Shown here one piece after another: positions 29,045-42,787 of a stretch of DNA of 64,000 nt (positions are counted from its first letter, which is position 1; every line of letters starts with the position of its first letter). Source of the stretch: Eledone cirrhosa (taxonomy: Eukaryota); assembly GCA_964016885.1 (NCBI GenBank), contig OZ024753.1, positions 12,958,001 through 13,022,000 of the forward strand. The letters are read 5' to 3'. The position numbers and the translations under genes are program-made. Below the pieces are notes generated by a model. That model searched no databases and had not been told where the DNA came from. It saw only the letters and a program-made list of their open reading frames with translations.

Positions 29045-31463
29045 GATAAATCTACCAAAATATACGGTAGTGTCCAATCCGTATGAAGAACTAAATGTAA
29101 TCCAAATATCATGAAAAGAGAAGATGTTTTCAAAATTTTTTCGATGAAAAACACAGGAAAACAGAGTCAAGATAAATTAATAAAAATAATGTATAAAAAC
29201 AAAGAAACAGTTCCTTATATTAAAAAATTCATCATTTTACGATCGTTTCTAGGATATATATGTGTTTGTTGATATGTATATCATATAGATCTATGTAAAA
29301 TTTTTACAAACTATCAGAGGGAATATACATACCTACACATATATATGCTGTCTTCAGAAATAATTATATTTGTTTATTGAAAAAAAACAACAAAGATTTA
29401 ATATAATAGGTCTGTTTGGGAACAGGTTTTGAATTGACCAATAGAAAGGTAGTAAGTGGTCAAGATGATAGAATAGTAGTAATAGAAATTTAATTTGACC
29501 ACTTAATTTGACCACTTACTACCTTTCTATTGGTCAATTCAAAACCTGTTCCCAAACAGACCTATTATATTAAATCTTTGTTGTTTTTTTTCAATAAACA
29601 AATATAATTATTTCTGAAGACAGCATATATATGTGTAGGTATGTATATTCCCTCTGATAGTTGGTAAACATTTTACATAGATATGATATACATATCAGCG
29701 CACACATATATATCCTAGAAACGATCGTAAAATGATGAATTTTTTAATATAAGGAACTGTTTCTTTGTTTTTATTCATTATTTTTATTAATTTATCTTGA
29801 CTCTGTTTTCCTGTGTTTTTGATCGAAAACATTTTGAATACATCTTCTCTTTTCATGATATTTGGATTACATTGAGTTCTTCATACGGATTGGACAGTAC
29901 CGTATATTTTGGTAGATTTATCTACATACTTTGCTCCTAATTTTATAAAGGTATTCATATTTTTATATATATATATAATTGTATAACTCCCTATATATAT
30001 AGTTGAGCTCTTTGTCTTGTCCATTATCCATATCACAATGGAAAAACAATACCTGGGAACTTCTTTAAAGAATATACCAATACCTTCTAAGGATGAATTC
30101 TTACTTCTTATGATACAAAAAACCAACCATTTCATCAAAAGTATCAGATGGAGGGCCTACCACTTTGATAAAAAAACAAAATGTACTGATAAGAAATATT
30201 TATATGATTTCACTACATATAAGAACCCACCACACAACTCCTTGAAAACTCCTTGAAAACTTCGAGAAAGACCTTTTTAACTTAATCAAACACCTCAAAT
30301 TTAAGAAATATAAATCTAATTTTCAAAAGGATCTTGATTTTACCCTATTGGATATAAAAAAATCTAACAAAATCCATGTCCACTCTGACAAAACTGGAAA
30401 TCTGTACCACATGGATATTGATAATTACAATGAGTTCATATATAAAGAACTCAGGAAAAATTATAAAAAAACAAACAATGCGGCACTTACCAATATCAAC
30501 AACAAAACACACAACATAGTAAATAAACTCAATATTGAAGATAGAACTGAACCTTTGGCACTGAAAAAACCACATTTTAACCTGAAAGATCACAAATCTA
30601 ACTTTAACTCTAATCCTCCTATAAGACTTATATGCCCTTCCAAATCTGACATTGGCATCATTAGTAAAAAGATGTTAGATAGAGTCATCCCACAATTAAG
30701 AAAACATGTTAATTTACCACTCTGGGAAAACACATCCCAGGTAATTAACTGGTTTACTAATATTATAAATAAATCATCTGCTTCATTTCTACAATTCGAT
30801 ATAGATGCTTATTATTCCTCTATATCACCCATACTCCTGAACAAAGCCTTGATATTTGCCAAAAATAGATCAAACTTAACTATGGATGACATTAATATTA
30901 TCACGCATGCTAGACAAACACTACTGGAATTTCAGAAGGAATACTGGACCAGAAATACATATAGTAATCTATTCGACATTACTATGGGCTCTAGTGATTC
31001 TGCCCAAATTACCGATCTTGTGGGCCTCTTTCTTCTATTTAACATAAATGCTTCTTTTCCCCACCTTAAAGGTGGTTTATATCGTGACGACTGTCTTCTT
31101 CTTTCCACTAACCTTAGCCTATCAGAAATTGAAAAAAATAAAAAACTTATTAGAACTTTCCTCAAAGACTATTATAGTCTCAATATTACATTTGAAAACA
31201 CAAGTAAAGTAGTTAATTTCCTTGATATAACATTAGACTTATCTACGGGTATCTACCAACCTTACCATAAACCTAACCAAAACTTACATTACATACACTC
31301 ACAATCTAATCACCCTAAATATATCCTTAAAAACCTAGCATATAATATCTCACTCAGAATTTCTAACCTTTCATCTAACCAGGATGTATTCAATAAAAAT
31401 GCGACCTTTTATAACGAAGCTTTAGCTAGAAGCGGCCACAAAAACAAATTAGTATATATATAA
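29040..31463 (+). mobile_element. Penelope-like element: inverted pLTR pair plus RT ORF (30017-31463, disrupted, 3'-truncated)
   Basis: DKTGNLY, RLICPSKSDIG, FDIDAYYSSI, MGSSDSAQITDLVG, YRDD, VNFLDITLDL, SNHP motifs; about 420-bp inverted arms 29040-29463 / 29506-29927 upstream. Confidence 0.9.
29610..29733 (+). ncRNA. Hammerhead motif in pLTR upstream of the Penelope ORF
   Basis: attt-CTGAAGA-(long stem II atatatatgtgt/acacatatatat)-GAAAC-GATC-GTA-aaat. Confidence 0.65.
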
Positions 31464-31480
31464 ACTATTTTAATTTCAGT

Positions 31481-31864
31481 GGCCTCATAGAGGATATGTG
31501 TTTTCTAAATTTAAGACAGTAGGGAGTGGTGTGATATGGGGGAGAGTTAGCTGCTGTTTCTAGCAGGTTTAATGACCTCATAGGAGATATATTTTCTAAA
31601 TTTAAGACAGTAGGGAGGGGTGTGATATGGGGGAGAGTTAGCTGCTGTTTCTAGCAGATTTAGTAACCTCATAGAGGATATGTGTTTTCTAAATTTAAGA
31701 CAGTAGGGAGTGGTGTGATATGGGGGAGAGTTAGCTGCTGTTACTAGCAGGTTTAGTGACCTCATAGAAGATATGTTTTCTAAATTTAAGACAGTAGGGA
31801 GGGGTGTGGTATGGGGGAGAGTTAGCTGCTGTTTCTAGCAGGTTTAGTGACCTCATAGAGGATA
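31481..31864. repeat. About 93-bp tandem repeat, 4 copies
   Basis: Unit GACCTCATAGAGGATATGTGTTTTCTAAATTTAAGACAGTAGGGAG...GCTGTTTCTAGCAGGTTTAGT. Confidence 0.92.
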
Positions 31865-31888
31865 TTATTGTTTATCATTATCTATAAA

Positions 31889-32075
31889 AGGCGGTGGATT
31901 GGCAGTATCGGTAGAGGGTCGGATGCCATGCTTTGCAGCATAGTTACGTCCCTTTACGATCTGAGTTCAAATCCCGCCGAGGTTGACTTTGCCTTTCATC
32001 CTTACGGGGTCGATAAAATAAAGTACCAGTAATGCACTGGGTAATTGCTGGCCTTGTGCCTAAAGTAGAAACAAT
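31889..32075 (+). mobile_element. tRNA-derived SINE, full-length representative of the dominant family
   Basis: A-box-like TGGCAGTATCGG, B-box GAGTTCAAATCC, body GCCGAGGTTGACTTTGCCTTTCATCCTTACGGGGTCGATAAAATAAAGTACCAG. Confidence 0.85.
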
Positions 32076-33209
32076 TATCTATAAAAGGCAGATTGTTGTT
32101 GTTGTTGTGTGTGTGCACATGTTCCATCATGTTTATACATTTGCACAATTTCAAACCGATTCGACTCAAAGTCTATAAGAATCAAGGTTCGTTGAGAGGT
32201 TTTAAAAAAGATTTATCGCTTCTTGTTGAATAAATGTATCTGTTGCTTTTGAATAATTGTCGTTTCGTATGAAATGTAATAATTGAGCAACTAAAAGTTA
32301 GTGTCGTTATAAATCACGCACGTTGTTTAATTGCTTTAAATGTTTTTTTTATCATTTGAAGTGAGTGTGTGTTTGTATGCGTTTGTAAATAAATCAGTAA
32401 GTTTGAAGTATAAAAGAGAAAGTAGCAAAATGTGTGGGTTGTAGATAGAGAAGAGCAGATGATATGAGAGAGTAAAACGGACAGTATCACCATCAAGCTT
32501 GGAAAGAGAAAGTAGCAGAAAATATGAAGTGTATAGATTTTGAATGGTAGTAGAAAGAGTTTAGCAGTTTAAATGAGAGAGAAAAATCGTAATATATTGA
32601 GTTTTGTCTATTTTTTGCGTAATTGTGGGTGAAATTGAAAAAATTAGATGTGCCAAGACGCAATCGAAGCTATTTCGAATACTGAATTGTAAATTTCAAT
32701 TGAAGAAATTCTATATCGTAGATTTCTATAACAAAGGAGCATGTCCACACACTGAGCTTTATAGATTATGATATATATATATAATTGAATATAAAAGAGA
32801 GATAGACACAGATATATACATATATATGTTCAAATTGCAAGGGACCAGATTCGCTAGGGCGAAAAAAATACTAACTATGAACAATAGGGTTTGCCAGGCT
32901 CAATTTAAAACAATAAATCAAGAAAAGAAATACAAACCGATATTGGGGCAACTGCCAGACACCCAGACAGATTTTGGTATTGCTGTTTTGCAATTTTAGC
33001 GAAGGGAATTACCAATTCTTTGCTCATCAGTGGGTTTAAAATTACTAAACCCATAACTTCTAAATATCTCAGAAGACTGAATAGTGAGCGTATATAAAAT
33101 AACGCACATGGCATCTGAACCTAGCGTGTCTCATAAACGTATACTACTAAAAATAGCAGCCAAGTTTACTCGACATTTAAAGTAGCCCCATAAAATTGAT
33201 GGAGCCGAA

Positions 33210-33725
<516 letters not shown>

Positions 33726-33819
33726 GATAGCTAAAACTTGATTTCGAGTAATGCCATCGCTTGATACTTAAGCATGAGCATCATGGATGTGGCTTTTCAT
33801 CCATCGATACATACATAAA

Positions 33820-35470
33820 TACATGGTGGCTGCCAACTCGTTTTCGAGTACGGCCACTACTGTATATCCATGTAGGAGAACCCCTACCGATGCGCTGAAC
33901 GAGTGTGACTTTTTAGTCCAGCCAGCAACTTGAAAACTCTGGTACAAACACTACACTTGTGACAATTACTGACACATAGTGCTGGGCCCATGGTACCATG
34001 TGATGACAAGTCCAGAGAGATCTCCAGATATAAAGCAATGACTGTGCCGTGAAGCTTTTATAGTGAGCAAAGGCACTGCACAAAGCCAGTCCCACTCTCT
34101 TAACCAAGATGATATTTACCAAAAAGAAGAACGAGTCAACATCATTGGATACCATCAGGGTTGCAGGTGTTATATCAGAGTTTTCCTTCTCCTAGAATTC
34201 TGCCTTGACAAAGGCTAAGGGGTCATCTCTCGCGACGATTTTGGATGGCCATTGACTCTTAAGAGCTCCTTTGCCCTTTGACAGGTTTTGTTTTTAGTCC
34301 CGCAGGATGTCCAAAGTCACCCTCCTCACCAAGAAATCTTGGTGGGGTTGCCAGTTTAGTCGCCAACGACCCGACCATGAGACAGGTTGTACTGGGATAC
34401 ATGTTACCAGTAGCACCAACTGGTGACCTGACACATACATACATACGTACATACATACATACATACATACATACATACATACATACATACATACATACAT
34501 ACATACATACATACATACATACATACATGGTGGATGCCAACTCGTTTTCGAGTACGGCCACTACTTTATATCCATGTAGGAGAACCCCTACTGATGCGCT
34601 GAACGAGTGTGACTTTTTAGTCCAGCCAGCAACTTGAAAACTCTGGTACAAACACTACACTTGTGAAAATTACTGACACATAGTGCTGGGCCCATGGTAC
34701 CATGTGACAAGTGCAGAGAGATCTCCAGATATAAAGCAATGCCTGTGCCGTGAAGCTTTTATAGTGAGCAAAGGCACTGCACAAAGCCAGTCCCACTCTC
34801 TTAACCAAGATGATATTTACCAAAAAGAAGAACACGTCAACATCATTGGAAACCATCAGGGTTGCAGGTGTTATCAGAGTTTTCTTTCTCCTAGAATTCT
34901 GCCTTGACAAAGGCTAAGGGGTCATCTCTCCCGGTGATTTTGGATGGCCATTGACTTTAAGAGCTCCTTTGCCCTTTGACAGGTTTTGTTTTTAGTCCTG
35001 CAGGACTAAAAACAAAACCTGTCAAATACATACATACATACATACATACATACATACATACATACATACATACATACATACATGGTGGCTGCCAACTCGT
35101 TTTTAATTACGGCCACTACTTTATATCCATGTAGGAGAACCCCTACCGATGCGCTGAACGAGTGTGACTTTTTAGTCCAGCCAGCGACTTGAAAACTCTG
35201 GTACAAACACTACACTTGTGACAATTATTGACACATAGTGCTGGGCCCATGGTACCATGTGATGACAAGTGTAGAGAGATCTCCAGATATAAAGCAATGC
35301 CTGTGCTGTGAATCTTTTATAGTGAGCAAAGGCACTGCACAAAGCCAGTCCCACTCTCTTAACCAAGGTGATATTTACCAAAAAGAAGAACACGTCAACA
35401 TCATTGGATACTATCAGGGTTGCAGGTGTTATATCAAGGCAGAATTCTAGGAGAAGGAAAACTCTGATAC
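33820..35470 (-). mobile_element. Three tandem copies of a roughly 600-bp non-autonomous element separated by (ATAC)n
   Basis: Units start CATGGTGG(C/A)TGCCAACTCG at about 33822, 34526 and 35081; progressively truncated; (TGTA)n tail on the minus strand. Confidence 0.7.
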
Positions 35471-36192
35471 AACATACATACATCCTTACATCCATCCATA
35501 CATTCACCCATCCATCCATCCATACATTCACCCATCCATCTATACATTCACCCACCCATACATACTTACATCACTTTACGTACAATGAATAGATTCGTTT
35601 TCTAAATACCTCCCCGTTGTTTTAGTAATTTTCGAACCAAACATATGTCAGTATTAATGATTTGTTTTTATTGATATTTCAACAAAGATCAGAGCGAGTG
35701 TATATTAATATAATGCGATTTATTATACACCATTAAAAAGCAAAACCTGCTGGTGTTTCTTACATTTATTAACTTCCCCTTCTACTAGAACGAATGAAAA
35801 GGCCTTAATCTTGATTTTCCTAATGGTTTCTTGTCTTAATTGACTAGGCGGCTTGGGTTTCCCATTATATTTCATATCAGATTAATATATACAGAAAATC
35901 TTTTAATATATTTTTATAGCAAAGTAGATGGCATCAATATTTCTTTCTATGTTAGAGTGTCTTTATATTTATGATGTTTATTTAAAAGAGAATATTCTAT
36001 CAGGAGAAACAGTGGACAGAATACCTCTCGAAATTCGAATTAAATACGTATTTGTTTTATAGGAAATGAAGATTTCTATATCAACAAAATATTTAAACTG
36101 AAAATTCCAAAGTAGTAACTTAAACTCAAGCACTAAAACAAACATTTCCTCATTATATTTAATTGTTATAATATCGAACATTTCTCAGCTAA

Positions 36193-37191
36193 ATGTTTAC
36201 AGTGTATCCCTTAAACATCTTACAAACACATACTCCTTCAAAGGAGGTAAATTGGCAGAGAAATATGCTTCGTTTTAAACTCGTGAAGGAATTTATTCGA
36301 TTATTTACAAGAATTTGGCAAGTTATAAATATAAAAGTTTCTGTATCCCTTTGGAACTCATATAGTTTCAGAAGGAAATTGATATACATTTTATGTCTTA
36401 TTATTCAGATTTGTATATTGGTAGATTCCATAAGGCTTCTCGTGTACCCTTTTATCTCTAACAGTAAAGAACCAAACCTATATCTAGAAATCTATATATC
36501 AAATTGCCATTTACTCGCAACATTAATGTGGCTTAGAACAGCTTTTGTTGCCGAAAGAAACATTGAAATTGTGAAGATCATCGACTCTGAATGTACTACA
36601 CGTTCGCGTAATTCGAATTTTCAAGCTGAATCAAAATATCTCCAGATCATTTGTCCTTTTATTTTCATAGCAACCATTTTTGTTGCTGAATTTATTTTAC
36701 CCATTTACATCAAAGATAAGTCCATGGATATATTTATATACCCTTTAACAAGAATGAGTACATTTTACCATATCTGCTTGCTATTTCATTTTATACTGTA
36801 TATCATAAAACTTCTTCCTATCTATATGCTGTCATCAATTCAAATCTTAATTGAAAACATGCTGATTACAGAATTCTCTTTGCTGAACAATACATTGGTG
36901 ATGAATATTGAAAACAATATTTTACCGAATGAAAACAAACGTTATGAGATTACTATAAATTTCGACAGATTTCAAGAACTCTGTTATCTGCTTGATTTGA
37001 CGAATGAATTGGGCAATAAGAATATGTTTTTTTTTACATTGTCATTTATTCAAACCTGTATCTGTTTTACTATAGCTTGGAGAAACCAGCTCTATAATTA
37101 TACAAGCAGTATTTACTTGTGGCTGGTTGGATGTCTCATTATAAGTCATTTTGTATATATAATCCGGAAGGGAATACTATTGTATAACACA
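36193..37191 (+). CDS. GRL-2 exon 1, 333 codons
   Basis: Multi-TM ORF paralogous to GRL-1 (VINIKVSVSLWNSY vs VVNMKMNLSIWRSY; EF...FQELCYLLDLTN). Ends KGILLYNT|GTATGT, phase 0. Confidence 0.85.
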
Positions 37192-37296
37192 GTATGTAAA
37201 TATATATTTTCTAAAAATGTTCGTATATATGTCACCTGGTATTCAAGATGATCAACATACATTTGTGTTACCATTATCACGATCAGTGTGATATAG

Positions 37297-37344
<48 letters not shown>

Positions 37345-37675
37345 GTGTGTGTGTGTGTCATTGAAGCAACGGAGTTGTTTGATTATAATGTTTTCCTTGT
37401 CCCTTACACAGTTTATGTCTTTCACTCTGGTGGTAAAAATACCCTGTAATGAAAAAGCATATTCTTTCATGTATTCTCTCATATATTTATATACTTATCT
37501 GGGATAACAAGTTATCGTTATAGGTAATCCAATTAGAGGTTGTGAGTACTCTGTATTGTGGATAGTTTTAACGTACGATGTTGTTTGACTCAACAAGAGG
37601 TTTCCATCGTTAGGTAGCGAGTTCGCGAGAATTCCTATGCAAGTTATTCTTGGAGTAATAATAGTGAAAGATTGA

Positions 37676-38490
37676 AGAATAACATGGTTGGCTATACAAA
37701 AAGGTTTTATTTCTAGTATTAACAATTGTTTCATTGATCAGGTGAGTCTAAAGGCCGCTAATCACTCGAAGTTACGTCACTCGACCTTAAATACTGACTA
37801 CATACCACCCCACTGTTATTAGCTGTCAACTGACCAACTGGTCACTAAATCAACATCATAAATCTCCTAACTTTTCTTTCACTCTCTCTCCCTAAAGCCA
37901 CATCACCCCCATTAAGATAAGACAATCAGCCTTGCAGACATTTACCACATGTATCATCGTATCGCCACGCCCACTCTCTGTCTTCTGTCCTGTATCTCTT
38001 CCCCTCTCAATTTTTAATTTATTATCTTTTATCTGTCATTTGTTACTATTTTTTATTTTCTACTCTAACCCTCTGAGATTTGACCACTACGTATGTATGT
38101 ATCTAATGTTTCCTTTCATGTTACACATACACTTACACACCACTGTAACTTTAATCACCACTACCACCACCACCACTATTATCAGCAATCGTATTCTGTA
38201 CTTATTATTTTTTTACTTATTTTTTACATCTGTACCATCTTCATTGTAACTTCTTTACCTCTTTATTATTATCTTCAATTATCGATGTTATTGTTTTGAT
38301 TCTCCGTTGAATCTATAAATACCAATGTATTCCGATGATTTGATCAGAGGTAAACACTGTATTTAAGGTCGAGTGACGCAACTTCGAGTGCTTAGCGGCC
38401 TTTAGACTCACCTGATCAATGAAACAATTGTTAATACTAGAAATAAAACCTTTTTGTACAGACGACTATGTTATTCTTCAATCTTTCACT
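37676..38490. repeat. Inverted repeat, about 130-bp arms, about 560-bp spacer (PLE-like)
   Basis: About 37665-37794 vs 38359-38490; the arms carry half of a hammerhead. Confidence 0.85.
38327..38437 (+). ncRNA. Hammerhead motif with core variant (CCGATGA)
   Basis: gtatt-CCGATGA-t-ttgatcag...ctgatcaa-t-GAAAC-AATT-GTT-aatac; homolog at 51344-51454 with a covarying stem I. Confidence 0.55.
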
Positions 38491-38540
38491 ATATATTTAT
38501 ATTTATATATATATTTATATTTATATATATATATATATAT

Positions 38541-38722
38541 AATTGTTTCTACTTTAGGCATAAGGCCAGAAATTACCCAGTGCATTACTGGTACTTTATT
38601 TTATCGACCCCGTAAGGATAAAAGGCAAAGTAAACCTCGGCGGGATTTGAACTCAGACCGTAAAGGGACGTAACTATGCTGGAAAGCATGGCGTCCGACT
38701 CTCTACCGATACTGCCAATCCA
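38541..38722 (-). mobile_element. SINE, same family
   Basis: Reverse complement of the 31889 copy. Confidence 0.85.
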
Positions 38723-39104
38723 TACACTCTGTCTCGCTCTACACCTCGACACTGAAGTGAACCTACAGTAAAAGCGGACGTAAAATGATGATGATGATAT
38801 AAACGAATAGTAAAAAGCAAAAAAATACAGTAGAAAATAATGGAGGGATTTTTTTCGGTAAAATATCAAAACATTTATTTATAAAGTAGGGAGGATTTCC
38901 GCATTTGATCGTATATCGGTTTCCTCTGTATATGCTTTGTCAACGATGGAAGTGCAGTTAAATTGCATATTTATACGAATAATAATAAAATGGAGAACAA
39001 ATTTTAGTTTTTACATATGTATTTTTGTCCGAAGTTTTCTTTTTCGTTCTTTGTTAGTGTTGACCAACAGAGGTTGTAGTAGTATAAGTTGTTAGCTTCG
39101 ACAG

Positions 39105-39140
<36 letters not shown>

Positions 39141-40715
39141 GTACGTGTGTATGTGTGTGTTTTCAAATCCTGCCGAGATTAGCTTTCCCTGTTATCCTTA
39201 CGAGGTCGATAAAATAAGTACCAGTAATGCATTGGGTCGATTTAATCGACTTTCCTCCCCGAAAAGGTTGTTGGCCTTGTGCCTAAATCAAGAACCACTA
39301 TTTGTAATTAGCAATCTTTAGATAGGGTCGAAACCGTACAATCCAAGCGAGTGATATATAAGTTGGTTATTTTAAAAGTTTTCTTTGTTAAATTCTTAAC
39401 CTTCTAGACGCTACGGGCGCATTAAGTCGTCGATAGAGTAATTTCCCCTTAATACATAATTCAGTAACAAGGGAAGTCATTCATAAAAATGTCTAGCATG
39501 CTAAAGGTTAAACGTCGTAAATTTATTAGATTTATTATCCGCTTTATTCTGTTATATTTGGGTATCGTCGCTTCTCGGCTGGAAATGAAAGGTAGGGGTG
39601 GAGAGGAAGGTGTACACTTCCCCTAAAGGGGAGGGTGGAAGTAGCGGAAATGGCAATAGTGAATTAGTTCACTCTCAGTTTGTAGCTGAAGGTGTGACAA
39701 CCACAATTAAGAAATTACCCTCGCCCGTGTGAGTTAGGGTGATTGTGAATCTGTGGGGGATCTCAATTACCTTTACGTATTCAACCGTCCATACATGGAG
39801 AGCCAAATACATTATATAATTGTATGTTATGTATATTTGTTCCAAATTTTCTCACTTTTATATAAAAGCCCACCTTAATGTTCTTACTTGTCTTTCTAAT
39901 GTCTCATCCGATGTCTTTGTGGCAAACAAAATAAATTATTATCATTATTAGTCTCCACTCAATATAAACCCCACCCTTTTGTATTGTTTTATCTTTGTAT
40001 CGTCTTCAATATCTTCGGCCATTGTGGCCAATAAAAGAAATAATTATTAGACAGTTTCACAGTTTAGATCAAGCATGGGCAACATTTTGCGAGCAGTAGG
40101 CCGCATAAGATGTGGTTCATCATAAGGCGACTCGCACTATTAAAATATTGAAGGCGATTTTGAAATTAGGCATACCATTGAGAAAGCCAAAAGGGCCGCA
40201 GTTTGCTCATGACTGGTTTAGATGGTATCACCTATAGCAGTACTCATCAATATGTCAACTGCTAGAGACCTAATGAGACATTCTGATTATGTTCATTCCA
40301 TTGTTAGTACCTTTGCAAGGAATAATATTCCTTTCGGTCCTGTTTTATATTCTTCCTTCAACCATTTCGTTTTTCCAAATTTGTTTTTGCCTTATAAAAT
40401 ATTGTGATTATATTTTAATTGCGGAATGAATCGATCGACAAGATCCCAGACCTCACTTGCTTTCCGACTGGGAGTGGAAATCGTCAAATTGAACTAAGGA
40501 ATCAATGTTCACATTGTTTCCTTGGTTCACTGATGCTATCTACCGTTCGCAACTACTGGCAGAAAGAGCAACGTGAAATAAAGTGTCATACTCAAGGACA
40601 TAACGCATCATCCAGTCCAGGAATCGAACTCGCAACCCCACGATTGCGATTCCAATTCCCTAACCACTGAACCACACGTCTTATATTTTACCCTTGTATC
40701 ATTTTCATCTTTCAG

Positions 40716-40784
40716 ATATATACAATACGAAATACGATTCATAAACTTAAGCTAGAGTTCCAAACAGCCGAACTTTCATTAAAG
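40716..40784 (+). CDS. GRL-2 exon 2 (IYTIRNTIHKLKLEFQTAELSLK)
   Basis: attttcatctttcAG acceptor, 69 nt, AAG|GTAAGT donor. Confidence 0.85.
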
Positions 40785-41848
40785 GTAAGTTGAATAAAAC
40801 GTATATATTTCTGAATACTCAGTTGTAGAAATTAGTTATGATCCTGCCAAATCCATGGGTGGCAGTAGTTCCAGCTGCACGCATCGAGAGAGTGATGTAG
40901 TGGTTCTGACAACAATGTGGCTTTGCAGATTATCAATGCAAATTGACAATGGAAAGGCGCTCCCGCTCGAGTTAGAAGAGAACTATTGAGCTCCAGGAGA
41001 AGCAGCGACCCCTGATTGTATTCAGCAACCGAAACAAATATGAGGTACACCAAATCCTGGTTCTTCTTATTTGCGAGCGTAAACTCGGCCATATTGGATT
41101 AGATTAGGTCATTATTGATATGTAAATGTAGAGACCCACCACTTTCCGTCACTAATTCCCATGGGAATTACACCTAGAAACTTTCCCTCTGATGCACAAA
41201 GTCAGGGCAAGTTGTGTTTGTGGAAGACCAGCAGTCACCCATGCATACCAGTCTTCCCTCTCCACGCCACCTATGTTGTCCAAGGGAAAGGCAATGGCTG
41301 CTACAGCTTGGTACCAGTGACGTATGAAGCTGTATAAGTTGGCCAGTATATGTTGACCAGTTCTCCTTTTCGGGTAGTGTTATCGGTGCTCAGAGAGCGG
41401 GATTGGTCGCGTACAAGGCCTTTCACCACTTAAAAAATCCTTCAAAGCACAGCCATTGCTTGTTCAGGATCTATTACAGGTTCGTGTGACTGGCCGTAGC
41501 CTAAAGGTGCACTCATTTCTGTAATCTGACAAGTGATTGCAATACTCTTAGCAGAGTTTGCAGCCATCATGTATGTATGTATATTGAGAGAGAGAGGGGG
41601 GGTATGATGTTCTGAGACTGAAGAATCCGTTTGACGCCGCTGTCGGGATTATACCTATCTCTCTAAATATATATGTGGGTATATGTCTGTGTGTGTGTGT
41701 ATCTCTCCGTGTGTGTATGTGTGTGTGCATGTGTCTGTGTGTATGCGTGTATGCGTATGTGTTCACATACACATACACAAACTTTTTACCATACTTAATA
41801 AATGTTATTTATAGTTATTAATAGTAAATTTTCTTACAACATTTTCAG

Positions 41849-41938
41849 ATTATTTTGATGTTAAATCGAATGGCGTCACAACCTCTAGGGATAGATATTG
41901 GAGGATTAACGGTAATCACTCCAAACACTATAACAGCT
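41849..41938 (+). CDS. GRL-2 exon 3 (IILMLNRMASQPLGIDIGGLTVITPNTITA)
   Basis: attttcAG acceptor, 90 nt, GTAAGT donor; homologous to GRL-1 exon 3. Confidence 0.88.
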
Positions 41939-42569
41939 GTAAGTATATAGACACAGTTATATATAACACAGCACTATACCAACCGTAAGTATAGAGATAG
42001 TTATATATAACACAACACTATACCAACTGTAAGTATAGAGATAGTTATATATAACACAACACTATACCAACTGTAAGTATAGAGATAGTTATATATAACA
42101 CAACACTATACCAACTGTAAGTATATAGACACAGTTAAATATAACACAACACTATACCAACTGTAAGTATATAGACACAGTTATATATAACACAACACTA
42201 TACCAACTGTAAGTATAGAGATAGTTAAATATAACACAACACTATACCAACTGTAAGTATATAGACACAGTTATATATAACACAACACTATACCAACTGT
42301 AAGTATAGAGATAGTTATATATAACACAACACTATACCAACTGTAAGTATAGAGATAGTTATATATAACACAACACTATACCAACTGTAAGTATAGAGAT
42401 AGTTATATATAACACAACACTATACCAACTGTAAGTATATAGACACAGTTATATATAACACAACACTATACCAACTGTAAATATATAGATAGTTATATAT
42501 AACACAACACTATACCAACTGTAAGTATATAGACACAATTATATATAACACATAACACAACACAATACC

Positions 42570-42573
<4 letters not shown>
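41920..42573. repeat. 44/46-bp minisatellite, about 14 copies, starting at the GRL-2 exon 3 donor
   Basis: Unit TATATATAACACAACACTATACCAACTGTAAGTATAGAGATAGT. Confidence 0.95.
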
Positions 42574-42626
<53 letters not shown>

Positions 42627-42693
42627 TTTGGGTTTGAAATAGATCTTTTGTGACATCAGTCCCAGAACTTTTCTGACACAACTCGTATGTACA

Positions 42694-42780
<87 letters not shown>

Positions 42781-42787
42781 GTACATA

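Noticed and set aside
31889-31980. tRNA genes
   Set aside because: A/B-box heads continue into SINE bodies, occur in many diverged copies, and show no clean cloverleaf.
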